DNA of 64,000 bases, from NCBI GenBank assembly GCA_964106915.2, contig OZ066921.1. One strand, 5' to 3'. The translations under genes were made by a program, and so were the position numbers. Source of the stretch: Podarcis gaigeae. Lineage: Eukaryota. Of the stretch, positions 12,688 through 23,779 are shown piece after piece (position 1 is the stretch's first letter; each line of letters starts with the position of its first letter). A model generated the notes under the pieces. It searched no databases. It had not been told where the DNA came from and saw only the letters and a list, made by a program, of their open reading frames with translations.

Positions 12688-14174
12688 CTGTCAACAGATT
12701 TACAGTCAGAGTTCTGAGCATCTCAGCTTGTAATAAACAAGGTTAAAATTTCTCAAACTTTCCTATACAATTTGTTGATAATGTCTGTTGAATTAGATCT
12801 CAAAGTCATTTGTTAATTGTCAACTCTGCTAAGAACCCAGCTTCACAGAATTTCTCCCTGCTTTACCTGGAAGCATTCATTCCTTCAGACAAGATGAAGC
12901 ACAATGAGAGATGGGAAGAAGGGTCTCTCCCTGAGGCTCTTTCTCTCCCTCAGCTGTTTCCATTCCAGCTCACCATTATTAGAACTATCATGTAACTCTT
13001 TGTTTTCTGCCTGTTTGGTTATTTTCCTCTTTCCCTCCCATCCCCTCTTCCTTTCATGTTGTGTCTTTCAGATTATCGGTTTTCAGACAGACTGTCCTGT
13101 TTTTATTGATCTTATATAAAGCTGGTTTAGAAGCTTTTTCAGCTAAAGTGTGGGGTGAAATACTTCTAATAAATAATCAAGGCTTCTGTGGACTTAGAAC
13201 AATAAATCTTTCAGGGGTGGGATTGAACTTGTGACATGCAGCAGCTAGGGGGAAAAAGAGAAAAATAAAGTAATGACAGGATACAGCAACCAAGGGAAAG
13301 TTTGCATCTTGTAGGCCAGTTCTCCTCAAAATGTAAACCAGCAGCATGGACAAGAAAGTGATATCTAAGGAACTAATAAAATTTGTTGATGGCTGATCTC
13401 AGGGCAACAACCAAAAATTGGAAAACTGCTGAACTGTTGACATTGAATACTTGGCACATTAAACTGTGGCAAAGAGCCATGGCAGAAAAACTGATTTCCC
13501 AACTTAAATTAGCTAAGGCAAAGCTCAAAATATTTGATTTTTATATAGCGTGGCATGATTTTATCTCCTATACAAATTCAGCAACATTTATCCTAAGCCT
13601 TTCCTCAGATTATGGAAAAGTATAAACTGTAATAGTATGATGAAGCATACAAAAAGCTCCAAGTTGCAAACAGATCTTACATTTATGTTCACCTACATGT
13701 AAAGAGGGAAAATGTGTTATATACATTGCCTTGTTAGCAATTTCAAAATGTTTGTTTTTTATTTTGGAAATATTTTTTTTAAAAGGGAGTATCAGGAAAG
13801 CCTGGTGGGGGGAACAATGTCTGAGCCTAGCCTGAGGCACAACTCTTTGGGGTGAGTCTGGTCACACCTCGGTGGGACCCAAGAAAAGCCCATCCCTTAG
13901 CTGCCTAATGTGATTTCGCATGTAACCCTCACACTTTGGAAAAAGCGATTCATTTGTCCAATGTATTCAGAGCTCAACATTTGCATTTCAATGGCTTCAG
14001 ACTTGGCTTCTGTTTGTGCACCCAGCTTTGAGTAATTGAGGAAGCGATACACTTAAGACTGCAAGAAAATTGGGGGTGGGGAAGAAATAGAACAATGGCC
14101 AACATGTTGGTCACTGCCATGGCAGGAATAAGTTCCAGTAAAGGCACCATTGTTGTCAAGCTTTCTTTACTCAC

Positions 14175-14271
14175 CCAGAAATTTCCAGAGTCGGAAGGGG
14201 ATAAACTGACTTTTTGCTACTGACCGAAAAAGTCTTCCAGGTGTGGGGGAAAGCACTTGAGACAGAAGGCT
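14175..14271 (-). CDS. SPG7: SPG7 exon 2 (97 nt): SLLSQVLSPTPGRLFRSVAKSQFIPFRLWKFL(G)
   Basis: Pyrimidine tract + CAG acceptor and TGG|GTGAGT donor; phase 0 to phase 1 fits its neighbours. Similar to human SLQLRLLTPT...RLWQLLG. Confidence 0.88.
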
Positions 14272-14868
14272 CTGAGGAGGAAACAACAGAACAGTGCAAG
14301 CGTTACAGGGAATTATGGATAGATACCAGGGAATGAAGTTATGGATGGAGACTTCAAAAAGATGGAGGGGCTTTCTAGGGGTGGAAGGGCTTTCTAGGGG
14401 TGGAGCTTGACGGACTTTTTGACAGGCCAGCAGGCCACACTAGGAGTGGTTAGCACAAAAGCAGGGTTTACCAATTCCTCCTCCTGAGAATATCTTGTGT
14501 ATATATTAGAATGCCCAATACCAGACTAAATGCAAAATAACTACCTTACAATCCTGCATAGGAATAATTACATTTACAAGAGATGTTGTAAGAATCAGTG
14601 ACAAAACGCATGTGACATGGCTCTGTCCTCTCAAGCCTAGTTCCTAGACATGGTGGTAAGCCTGAGTGAGGGCTATCACTTATGGCTGTAGGCAAGGAGC
14701 TGCATAGTTGAATGTACCTCCAGAAGGTGGATGGTGAGCACAATAGGGCTTTTCCCGCTGTGAGACCTGCAAACTATTGATTGCCACCAACTCTGCTATC
14801 TTTTTGGAGTCAAGGATTTTTGGAATCTTTTTAATTGCTCATGCCCTTGAGATATTATGTTTAATATA

Positions 14869-14869
<1 letters not shown>

Positions 14870-14913
<44 letters not shown>
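14870..14913. repeat. (ATT)n microsatellite
   Basis: Direct read. Confidence 0.95.
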
Positions 14914-14914
<1 letters not shown>

Positions 14915-15261
14915 TGATTGCTCCTGACACTCTTGCTTCATCTATATGATTGCATTTTTTAAATGGTTAAACTTTGATTCTGGAGGAGATTAATTTATGA
15001 ACAGTCAGAGACAAGCGCTCTAAACAAAGATGCAAGAAGCCAATCCCTCAACCTACAAAACTGGCACGTCAGGGAAAAGCTTACGTAAAAATGATTCCCC
15101 CTGATAAGCCAATTTTCTGGGTGCAGAGACTTTTTTGGTATTATTATTTATTTTGTGCATGAACATGCACTGCCTTAGGTTCCATGACAGAAGGTAGGTG
15201 GGATATAAATGTAAATGAATAAAGCCTTATCATTTCCTATCCCATCCTTCCCACACACCGA

Positions 15262-15400
15262 GCGTTTTATCCTCTCAATAACCCTGTGAAGTAGGTTAGG
15301 CTGCAAGAGAGTGAATGGCCTAACGTCACCCATTGCAACTCAGGGCTGATAGACCATTTGAACCCAAGTCCGAAAGGAACACTCTCCGCTTTCTCGGTAC
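15262..15400 (-). mobile_element. MIR-like SINE fragment
   Basis: TTATCCTCTCAATAACCCTGTGAAGTAGGTTAGGCTG...GTCACCCA...TTTGAACCCAAGTC, the reverse complement of the 26.7-kb family. Confidence 0.7.
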
Positions 15401-15639
15401 AGTACTGTACAACCCACACCCTACTTTTTACCAAGGCAGGGGTTATAATCCTATACACGCTTACTTGGGAATAAGTCCCACTGAGCTTGATAAGTCTTTC
15501 TCTTGGACAGATGTGCAAAGGATTGCACTCTCATTTGCTGGTTGTGCAGCTGCAGAAAGTTCTATGGAAACGGGGGGTGATTAATAGAAAAAACCCTCAT
15601 GACTGTCACCACCAGGAGCTGGCAGGTTTAGCGGTTACA

Positions 15640-16230
15640 GGCCGGGAGGGGGGCTTTCCTCCCGGGTGATGAGGCAGTTTTAAGAGACCTCGGTGCCTCA
15701 CCGCCTCAGCCTTACCTGAAGGCCGTCGCCACCGCTCTCTGTGCAGATCCTGGGCCAGCCGCTCTGCAGAGCCCGGAGCTCGGCCGCCGGGAAAGCCCGC
15801 GGCGCCAGTCGTAGAGCGCGGCGGCAGCTCCTCCGGAGCAGCAACAGCAAGGAGACCGCCCCGGTCATGGTCCAGGCACCGAGCTGTTCAGCTCCCCAGT
15901 GCGGACGGTGAGATCCAGGCGGGGGCCTGGCGAGAAAGCCGAGCGGAGGCTGGAAAGGAGGCGGCTTCCGCCATCTTAAAAGCTGGCAGCCGCTCAGCGT
16001 AGCCCGCTCTCAAGATGGCCGCGCCTTGCTGTTCTCACCTAATGGGAAATTCGGCTGGAGGGAAACGCGGGGCCCAGACTTCGCCCACGCTCGGCCCAGA
16101 AATATGCACTCTTTTAAGTGCGGCCGCCTCCCCTCAGACACACTTTTCAAAACTTGCATTTCTTCTTTTTGACCCGGGGGGGGGGGAGAGAGGAGCTAGG
16201 GAGATATCTGGACATCGCTGTTTCGCTCGT
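15640..16230. promoter_or_regulatory. CpG-island promoter of SPG7 with two oppositely oriented YY1-type motifs and an ETS core
   Basis: CpG-dense. CCGCCATCTT (AAGATGGCGG on -) at ~15968-15977 next to CTTCCG; CAAGATGGCCGC on + at 16011-16022. Confidence 0.8.
15716..15868 (-). CDS. SPG7: SPG7/paraplegin exon 1 coding part (153 nt): MTGAVSLLLLLRRSCRRALRLAPRAFPAAELRALQSGWPRICTESGGDGLQ, an Arg-rich mitochondrial presequence
   Basis: ATG (ACCATGA) at 15868 in a CpG island; open frame to a CAG|GTAAG donor, phase 0. Resembles the recalled human N-terminus MAVLLLLLRALRR...GGRALQ. Confidence 0.9.
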
Positions 16231-18282
16231 CATTATTACTGTTTTTTAAGACTTAACATTAAATTCCAGTCATCTGAGGATGGGAATAAAACTGAAGGGA
16301 CAAAATCGTACATTATTTCTGCAAGCTGTTCCCCTACTGCATCTTTGACAGTTTAGGACTCTGTAACGCTTTCAGCTCAATAAGCGTGAAGTTGTTTTTC
16401 AGCTATATTTGTGAAAGGAAGGTGGTTTCAGCTGCCTATTTGTGGAACTAGGGTAGCAGCAGCATTTCCCCAGTGACTTGAACTTGACACCGCACTGATG
16501 AAATATACACAAACCGATTAAGCTGCTGTACTTGGATTTAAATAGATTTCTGACTACACACTATATCCTTCTATATCACCGCCTTTTAGAAATTTGCTGC
16601 TGCACACATTACAGATAGCTATGTGAAGGCGAGTAACTACTCCATCAGCCAGGCACTGCTTTCTAATCCTGAAGCTAGGCTGAAAGGTAGCTTTCTAGAG
16701 GCCATGGTTTGTACATTCAGATCAAAAGTGTGTGGCCAAGCAGAGAACCAGATTTCAAAACCTTGCTTTATTTTCTTGGACACAATAACTGCTATTCACA
16801 AGCTTTGCTTTAATGATGCATCATATTTACTTTGTCATCATAATTACATTGACATGCATGTATAGTTTTATGCACACACTGTCAGACGTTTAAAAGTGCA
16901 CAATAGATAATGGATCATAAAGTATGAAGAAAATGAAAAATTATAATAGTTTTAGAAAAACAAACAACATTAAGAGAGTACATTGGTGTTTTTTTAAATA
17001 CAGGAAGTGGGAAGGTTCAGCATCATAGAAGACATATATTAATTCTGGTTCCCACACTGGGCGTAGTATGTTTTAAATTTGCATGTAGGGCACATGTGGG
17101 CTATTAAAAGGGTGTTAGCTTAATTCAGAGGCTCCTATTGAACCTGCACACAAAACACACACACACACATACACCTTCGATCCCTCCAGGGCCCCCAAAA
17201 CAAATGAGGAAAAAGCAAGGGATTAAATTTGGAATTTTTTTATTAAAAAAAGCTGGGTAAGCAGGAGACATTTCTTAAGAGTTGAGCAACAGAACAAGGC
17301 TGTTGATAGAGTTATAAGATCACTCATGTCACCTTCAAGTTAATGGTATGCTTCCGTGTACAAATTTAAAACCATTAAATTTGCTTGAAGAACAGGTCTG
17401 CAGTGCTGTGAGGCTTTCACAATTTCACTGGCAGAAAGCTGTCAGACTCTTCTTCCCTAAACAAGTTATTTTCTGTAGGGATAACATAGCAACAATCACT
17501 CCCAAACAACAATAGTCTTGCAAAACTCTCACTTCTCCCACTGAAGTATCTCAGTGACCATATTTGTCACAGACACACCCAGGATGTTAACTGGCTTCCT
17601 CCGGGATGTGTCTGGGTAAACTTTCAAATCAAACTAGGAGTCTGTTACTAAATAACCTTTTTGTATCATATTAGAAGTCAGTATTACTGGCTTAACTGAC
17701 CAACAGCTTCATTAATAGACATGAAATTCAAGTGGCTACAATTAAACTCTGGTAGCCAGAAAAAATCTGCATCCCTACATTGGGATGTGATTTGCTGAAA
17801 TGTGAGACATTAAATATGGGAGCACAATAAAACCATTAAGTTGGGGAACAGAATGGATGTGCATTGGGTGGGGACAAGGGGAGGTGAGTGTTGCCTCACA
17901 TGTTAAGAGTTATGGAAAATATAGTGTATTTTGCATTCACACTTTTTTTTCCATAAGTAAATTTTACTGGTTTTGCTGGAAGTTATTTTCAAGTGAGCAT
18001 CCTTAATATTACAGGGTTATTTTAGTTTCCATGTTATGCTTTAGTTATAACTGGTATGACAGAAGTGCCTTTTCATTGACTAATGCTAGGGGTCCAACAA
18101 TGGGGGTGGATGGCAAGTTACTTGACTGGAGGTGAGTTGAAAAATATGACTCTTCTGCCTCCACCACAAATATCTAGTACTAGAAGGTATGAAGTTCAAC
18201 AGACAAATACTTTTTTGCATACACAGCACATCTATCTAGAGAAACAGGAATTTTTTCAAATAATAATTTTGTTAGTCAACAA

Positions 18283-18636
18283 GTGGTCTAAACCACTGAG
18301 CCTCTTGGGCTTGCCGATTGGAAGGTCGGCGGTTCGAATCCCTGCGACGGGGTGAGCTCCCGTTGCTCGGTCCCAGCTCCTGCCAACCTAGCAGTTCAAA
18401 AGCACGTCAAAGTGCAAGTAGATAAATAGGTATCGCTCTGGCGGGAAGGTAAACGGCATTTCCGTGCACTGCTCTGGTTTCACCAGAAGCGGCTTAGTCA
18501 TGCTGGCCACATGACCCGGAAAAACTGTCTGTGGACAAATGTTGGCTCCCTTGGCCAGTAAAACAAGATGAACGCCACAACCCCAGAGTCATTTGCTACT
18601 GGACTTAATTGTCAGGGGCCCTTTACCTTTACCTTT
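18283..18636 (+). mobile_element. Sauria SINE (5'-truncated)
   Basis: Box B GGTTCGAATCC, GTGCAAGTAGATAAATAGG core, (ACCTTT)n tail. Confidence 0.9.
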
Positions 18637-18865
18637 AATGAACTGCAGTATTCACAATCACAACACTTTTTGTGTGTGGTGCTTAAATCAAGTTTTGGAT
18701 GTCCAGGTAGCCCCAAATAACATTGAACATTGGCATATGTGAAGCATTCTAAAGCAATTGAGATAAAACCCTAAGCAAAACAGGGCACAATTATCCCAGG
18801 TTCCTCATAATGCCTTCTACCTTGTCCTGACTTAATACTCATGAGATGTTAGAGGCCTATCTGTT

Positions 18866-18978
18866 AGAGGCTTGACAGCCATATGTCAGGAGTACTCTGA
18901 TGGTGTTTCCTGCTTGGCAGGGGGTTGGACTTGATGGCCCTTGTGGCCTCTTCCAACTCTATGATTCTATGATTCTAT
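18866..18978 (+). mobile_element. CR1 LINE 3' end
   Basis: GGCAGGGGGTTGGACTTGATGGCC...TTCCAACTCTATGATTCTATGATTCTA. Confidence 0.85.
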
Positions 18979-20211
18979 CTTTTGGCTCCAGAACAAAGCT
19001 TAATAGCAACGGTTCCAAATTAATATAGCTGGAGATGTACTACATGGATTACATAATTGCAAGCATTAGCATCCACTATTTGAACATGTGAAATGCAACC
19101 TTGAAAAAAGGTGACTTAATTCAATGCCATTTGAATGGTAATAAGGTTTCTTTTGGGAACATATCCAGTATTCAGATAACACAGATATAGACTGATCCAG
19201 GCTGGCATTACTGGGATATTCTCCAGCTATGACATCATTGGAAGATATTGGTGGGGAAAGGGCACTGTTTTGAAAGTGATTTTACTGCTGCTGGACGGAG
19301 TTGGTCATGATAATAATTTAACTGCAACAGTTGTGTGAACCATTTCACAGGTGAAGCTATAAATATAAGCCATATTGTAAATATAAGAGAATACAGATTG
19401 ATTATTAAAGTTAAATTCTAAAGACTTGTCTTCTTATGGGGCCACTTTAATCTACTTATATTTTATGACAGAGGCACTATGGACAGTTAATGGGCTTCAA
19501 ATCTGAAGCAGATCATTAAGAGTGAGGCAGGTGCCAGTTTCTACAGCTATACCTAATTATGCTTTTTTTTCCTTTGTAAAAGGTACACATTGTATAGGAT
19601 GAGATGCAACCAGGCAAAAAGGAAGCTACCGTTTGACAATAAATGTAACCCTTACTCATGCCAGTGCCTGAGCTTCATGTTTAATTCCATGGCACTGCCA
19701 CTCATGCAATGTAAGGTCTCAGAGATTATAGACAGCAGACAAGTCAGAATAAGCACTTGTAAGTCTGCTGCACCCAAACCAACCAAGGTACATAATTTGG
19801 TGGCATAAGAATAGCGATTGAAATAGGAGACCATCACACGATCAATGCCTCCTGCTTAGAAAATAGACACCAAGATGCTTACCTAGCCACAGGAGCCTGT
19901 TTGCCTCTATCAATAACACAGTCAACTACATTGTGCTTTACGTTGTGCAACTAGAGCTACAAGTGACAAAGGTTGCAATCTTATACAATTACCTGTGAGC
20001 AAGTTCCATTGAACTCAACAGATCTTACTACTGAGGAGACCTGTATATTATTACAGTGTAACAGATGGACAATTAAAAGCAGAAGGGGGAACCCACTTCC
20101 CCACAGAATCCTATTCACGAACTCTCAGCCAGGTTCACTATCAATATACACTAGTTAGTAAATAAACTAAAGTCAGTTTGGCAGAACTTAATTCCCATAC
20201 ATTAATACTCC

Positions 20212-20263
20212 TCTGTGCTCTGGTCCATGGGGTCACAAAGAGTCGGACACAATTAAACAACAA
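20212..20263 (+). mobile_element. Bov-B (RTE) LINE 3' tail
   Basis: GCTCTGGTCCATGGGGTCACAAAGAGTCGGACACAATTAAACAACAA. Confidence 0.8.
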
Positions 20264-20449
20264 TGAGTCACACAGTGAATGAATCTGTGACATCAGAGTA
20301 AAGTGACTTATTGGAATAACAAGATGACTTCCAGTTAAATTTTTAATAAAAGCCTTTTGTTGCTGACAGCAACTAAAGAAGATTTAACAGAAAACTGTTT
20401 TTTAAAGTTTACAATATTTATTTGGCAATAAGTCAAAACTAAACCAACA

Positions 20450-20822
20450 CGGACACAGGTGGCGCTGTGGTCTAAACCACTGAGCCTAGGGCTTGCTGAT
20501 CAGAAGGTCGGTGGTTCAAATCCCTGCGACGGGGTGAGCTCCCATTGTTTGGTCCAAGCTCCTGCCCACCTAGCAGTTTGAAAGCATGTAAAAGTGCAAG
20601 TAGATAAATAGGTGCCGCGCCGGTGGGAAGGTAAACCGCGTTTCCGTGTGCTGCTCTGGTTCGCCAGAAGTGGCTTAGTCATGCTGGCCACACGACCCAG
20701 AAGCTGTCTGTGGACAAATGCCGGCTCCCTCAGCCTATAGAGCAAGATGAGCACCGCAACCCCAGAGTCATCTGTGACTGGACCTAACAGTCAGGGGTAC
20801 CTTTACCTTTACCCTTACCTTT
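20450..20822 (+). mobile_element. Sauria SINE, full length, imperfect TSD (AAACCAACA/AAATCAACA)
   Basis: GGTGGCGCTGTGGTCTAAACCAC head, conserved core, (ACCTTT)n tail. Confidence 0.92.
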
Positions 20823-21097
20823 AAATCAACATAATTTATTTCCAAGTAGAAATGGATAGGATTGGGCTGCATGTCAATGTTGTAAAGGTGTTAGATAGTC
20901 TGCTTCTAAAGAATGCCAGGTCTACTCTGTTTTCTCTCATGTTTTATAAATATCTCACATTGCTATAAAGAAGGCAAAGTTTTAAGTGGAAAGCTGTTTT
21001 ATCTTAGGACATCAGTTCATTGTGAGGAAAAATACATATCCAGCCACTTCCCTTGTTCATTCCCTCTCCCATATGCAGCTACCTACTTTTAAAACCG

Positions 21098-21140
21098 AAA
21101 ACTCACACTAAAATGTTACAAAACTCACACTAAAATGTTA
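21098..21140. repeat. Tandem duplication of AAAACTCACACTAAAATGTTA
   Basis: Two adjacent copies separated by 1 nt. Confidence 0.9.
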
Positions 21141-21401
21141 AATTAGCACAATAAAGCTAGGAAGATTGTAGTATCATTTATTATTTCTGCTAGGAATGTT
21201 TAGCATCTTAAATACATTTAAACTTTACATAAAATTATCAGACTACTGCATTTCACAACCATTTGGCCTCACTGTTTACATTTTGTATTATCTACTGATA
21301 ATCTATGTAGATTGGTTAACTGGAGGTAGCACTTAATGCATGGGATGAAGTGGGGTTAGGGTTGCAAGTAAGGCTCATTGAATTAAATAGTACTTCTAAG
21401 T

Positions 21402-22019
21402 GGGGTGTTAGGGGAGGGGTAGTACTTTTGCAGGAGGACATGTCTTGCTTCCTCTGGGGTAGTTTGTCAACCTTGCACTCAGCTGACACCTATGGCTCCT
21501 AGAAATGGTCAGCATAAAACAGCGGACATGCCTCAGGAAATGGCTTAATAGAAAATATAAAGACTTTATTGTCACTGTACCACTTGTTTACAGTGAGATT
21601 AACCGAACCTCCCTCCCCCCAATCTCTCAGTCCTTGTTACATTCTGGCTACCTAAACTATGTGTGAGTAGCGGATTGGTCTCAAACCCTCAGTCTTTCAG
21701 GATAAATTTGGGAGAATAAAAGGCTAAAGATTAAACCTACACAATTCCGGAGTAGAGTCCCAAAAACAGTTGGATGGCTCCTTGTACACTTCTGGCAACT
21801 AATGCAGCCAAACTAGTACCAAACGTATTGCTCTGCTTTCCTTTGGACCACATTGGCGAGGCTGAAATGGGGGTTTTGTCTTCTGGGCAGCCCAGGACCT
21901 CTATACACACTGCCCAGGCTTGCACCCTGAATAAGTCACTTTGGTGCTGCTAACGCAGTGGGTTGATTTCACACCCGGAGGCACACTCCATTGTCTCTTG
22001 AGACAGACAGATGCCAACA
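21402..22019 (+). mobile_element. Non-autonomous retroelement (RTE-like CAA tail) with ~10-bp TSD and an internal secondary insertion
   Basis: Flanked by ACTTCTAAGT (21392-21401) and ACTTCTGAGT (22020-22029); ends GAGACAGACAGATGCCAACAA. Confidence 0.6.
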
Positions 22020-23779
22020 ACTTCTGAGTAGACATAGCTAACCAGATTGTAAGTCTGCATAGTTTTCACCACAATAAATCTGTTTATCTTAAAGATGCCT
22101 CAAGACTCTTTTATATAGTAATGAATTCCACATGCACTCATCCTTGAACAAGAAAGATCCACCCTCGTGAGGATTTAATTTTAACTTATAGGAACCTTTA
22201 AATTCTTCCACAGAGTATAAAATCAAGAACTGCTAGATGGCCTTCTTTAATAAAAGGTCTCTGCTGCCTCATGGGAGGCTTAAAGTTTCACTCTATTTAC
22301 TGCAAGATCTCTGACCCAGAAGAAACATTAATGCAGAATTATTACTGCCAAATATATTTAGGGAGAAAAAAAAGAAGAAGAAAAAGAGAAGCTGCCTATT
22401 AAGACGTGGCAATAAAAAGAATAATATAACTTGCATCTAGGGGTTGGCCAGGTTTGCACCTGCCAAGCCAAGGGCACAGGTCCTGTAGGGGTGCAAAAAC
22501 CATATCCCTCCACTCAGGCATGGTGTGGCTAGAGCCCACCAGTCCTTCTGCACATTTTGTGGACCATTCCTCCACTGCTCTGGGCTGCCAGGCAAGGTGC
22601 ACAAGCTTCTCTGGGTGCCTTGGAGGAATTCAGTTGCTGGTGTGGGGGGACGAGGGGGCACCAATACAGGGCACAAGGGACCCTAGGTATGCCTCTGCTT
22701 GCATACAACATTGCAGAGACTAACAATGCGACTCTTTGGGAATAATGTGTCATTTTTCCTTTGAGAGTTTGTATGATATGGCATATAGAGAGAGAAACAT
22801 AGGGACAAAACTCATAGCAGGGAAAGCCACAGAAAGCTTAATAGTGAAGTTCAGGTATTTCCATTACTCTAGTGTCCCATAGTAGGTCACCTGTGAGGGG
22901 AAAAGGGGCCTCATTTCCTCTACCAGTAGCAATATACAAGTTTGTCAAAAGAAGTTAGAAAATTTTAGTCAAAGCAAGTAAGTGACATGCTATTTCTCTA
23001 TCACTGCTTCTATTAGCTTAATTCAAACCTGAAATGCAGTGTGGGCAAGCCTGGAAGTGCTAGTTACTCTCCCCCCCCCCCCCATTCATACTATTGCTTA
23101 GATTTCTGAAAAGTTTCCAATGACTCAATGGTGTACAAACACAGCTCTCTACCAATGTCACAAGCTAAATAAGACAAAAAGTAGCCAGCAATCAGAATCA
23201 GTCAGATGAAACACTAGTAGCTTTAGTTTAGCTTTTCACTGTTTAGATTCTACACTGTTAGTAGCAATACAATCCTGCTTAACAATTGCTTTTTGTGAGC
23301 ATCTTAAAGGTTACAATTAAAGGCAACAATACATTGTTATACTATGTATTGTTTTGTGCTGTATTCTCTGTTTTATTGAATTTGTATGTAGCCACTTTAC
23401 TGCATTTTTTAAAACAAAGAAACAAACAAGGTTACAATTCCATGCATGTTTAGGTGGCAGTAAACCCCACTGAACTCAAATGGCATTTACTCCTAAGCAA
23501 GCATGCATAGACTGGCCCAAAAGAGATTTAGCTACAATAGTGTTGGACTTTACTTTTGGTGGATGAGAAGGGAAAGCAAGACAGAACATCCTATAGATTG
23601 TTTTCGGTACTGTCAAAATATATTTGATTTTGAGGGTTTGGGGAAATGATGAAACCACCCCACCAAGCCCACGCAGATTTATTCGCAACCTAGCAGAGAC
23701 ACAGCAAAGTGGACGACAGCTATATTTAAATGAGAAGAGAAAAGATGAGAAGAAAGGAAAGGGAGGCCTTGATTAGCTC

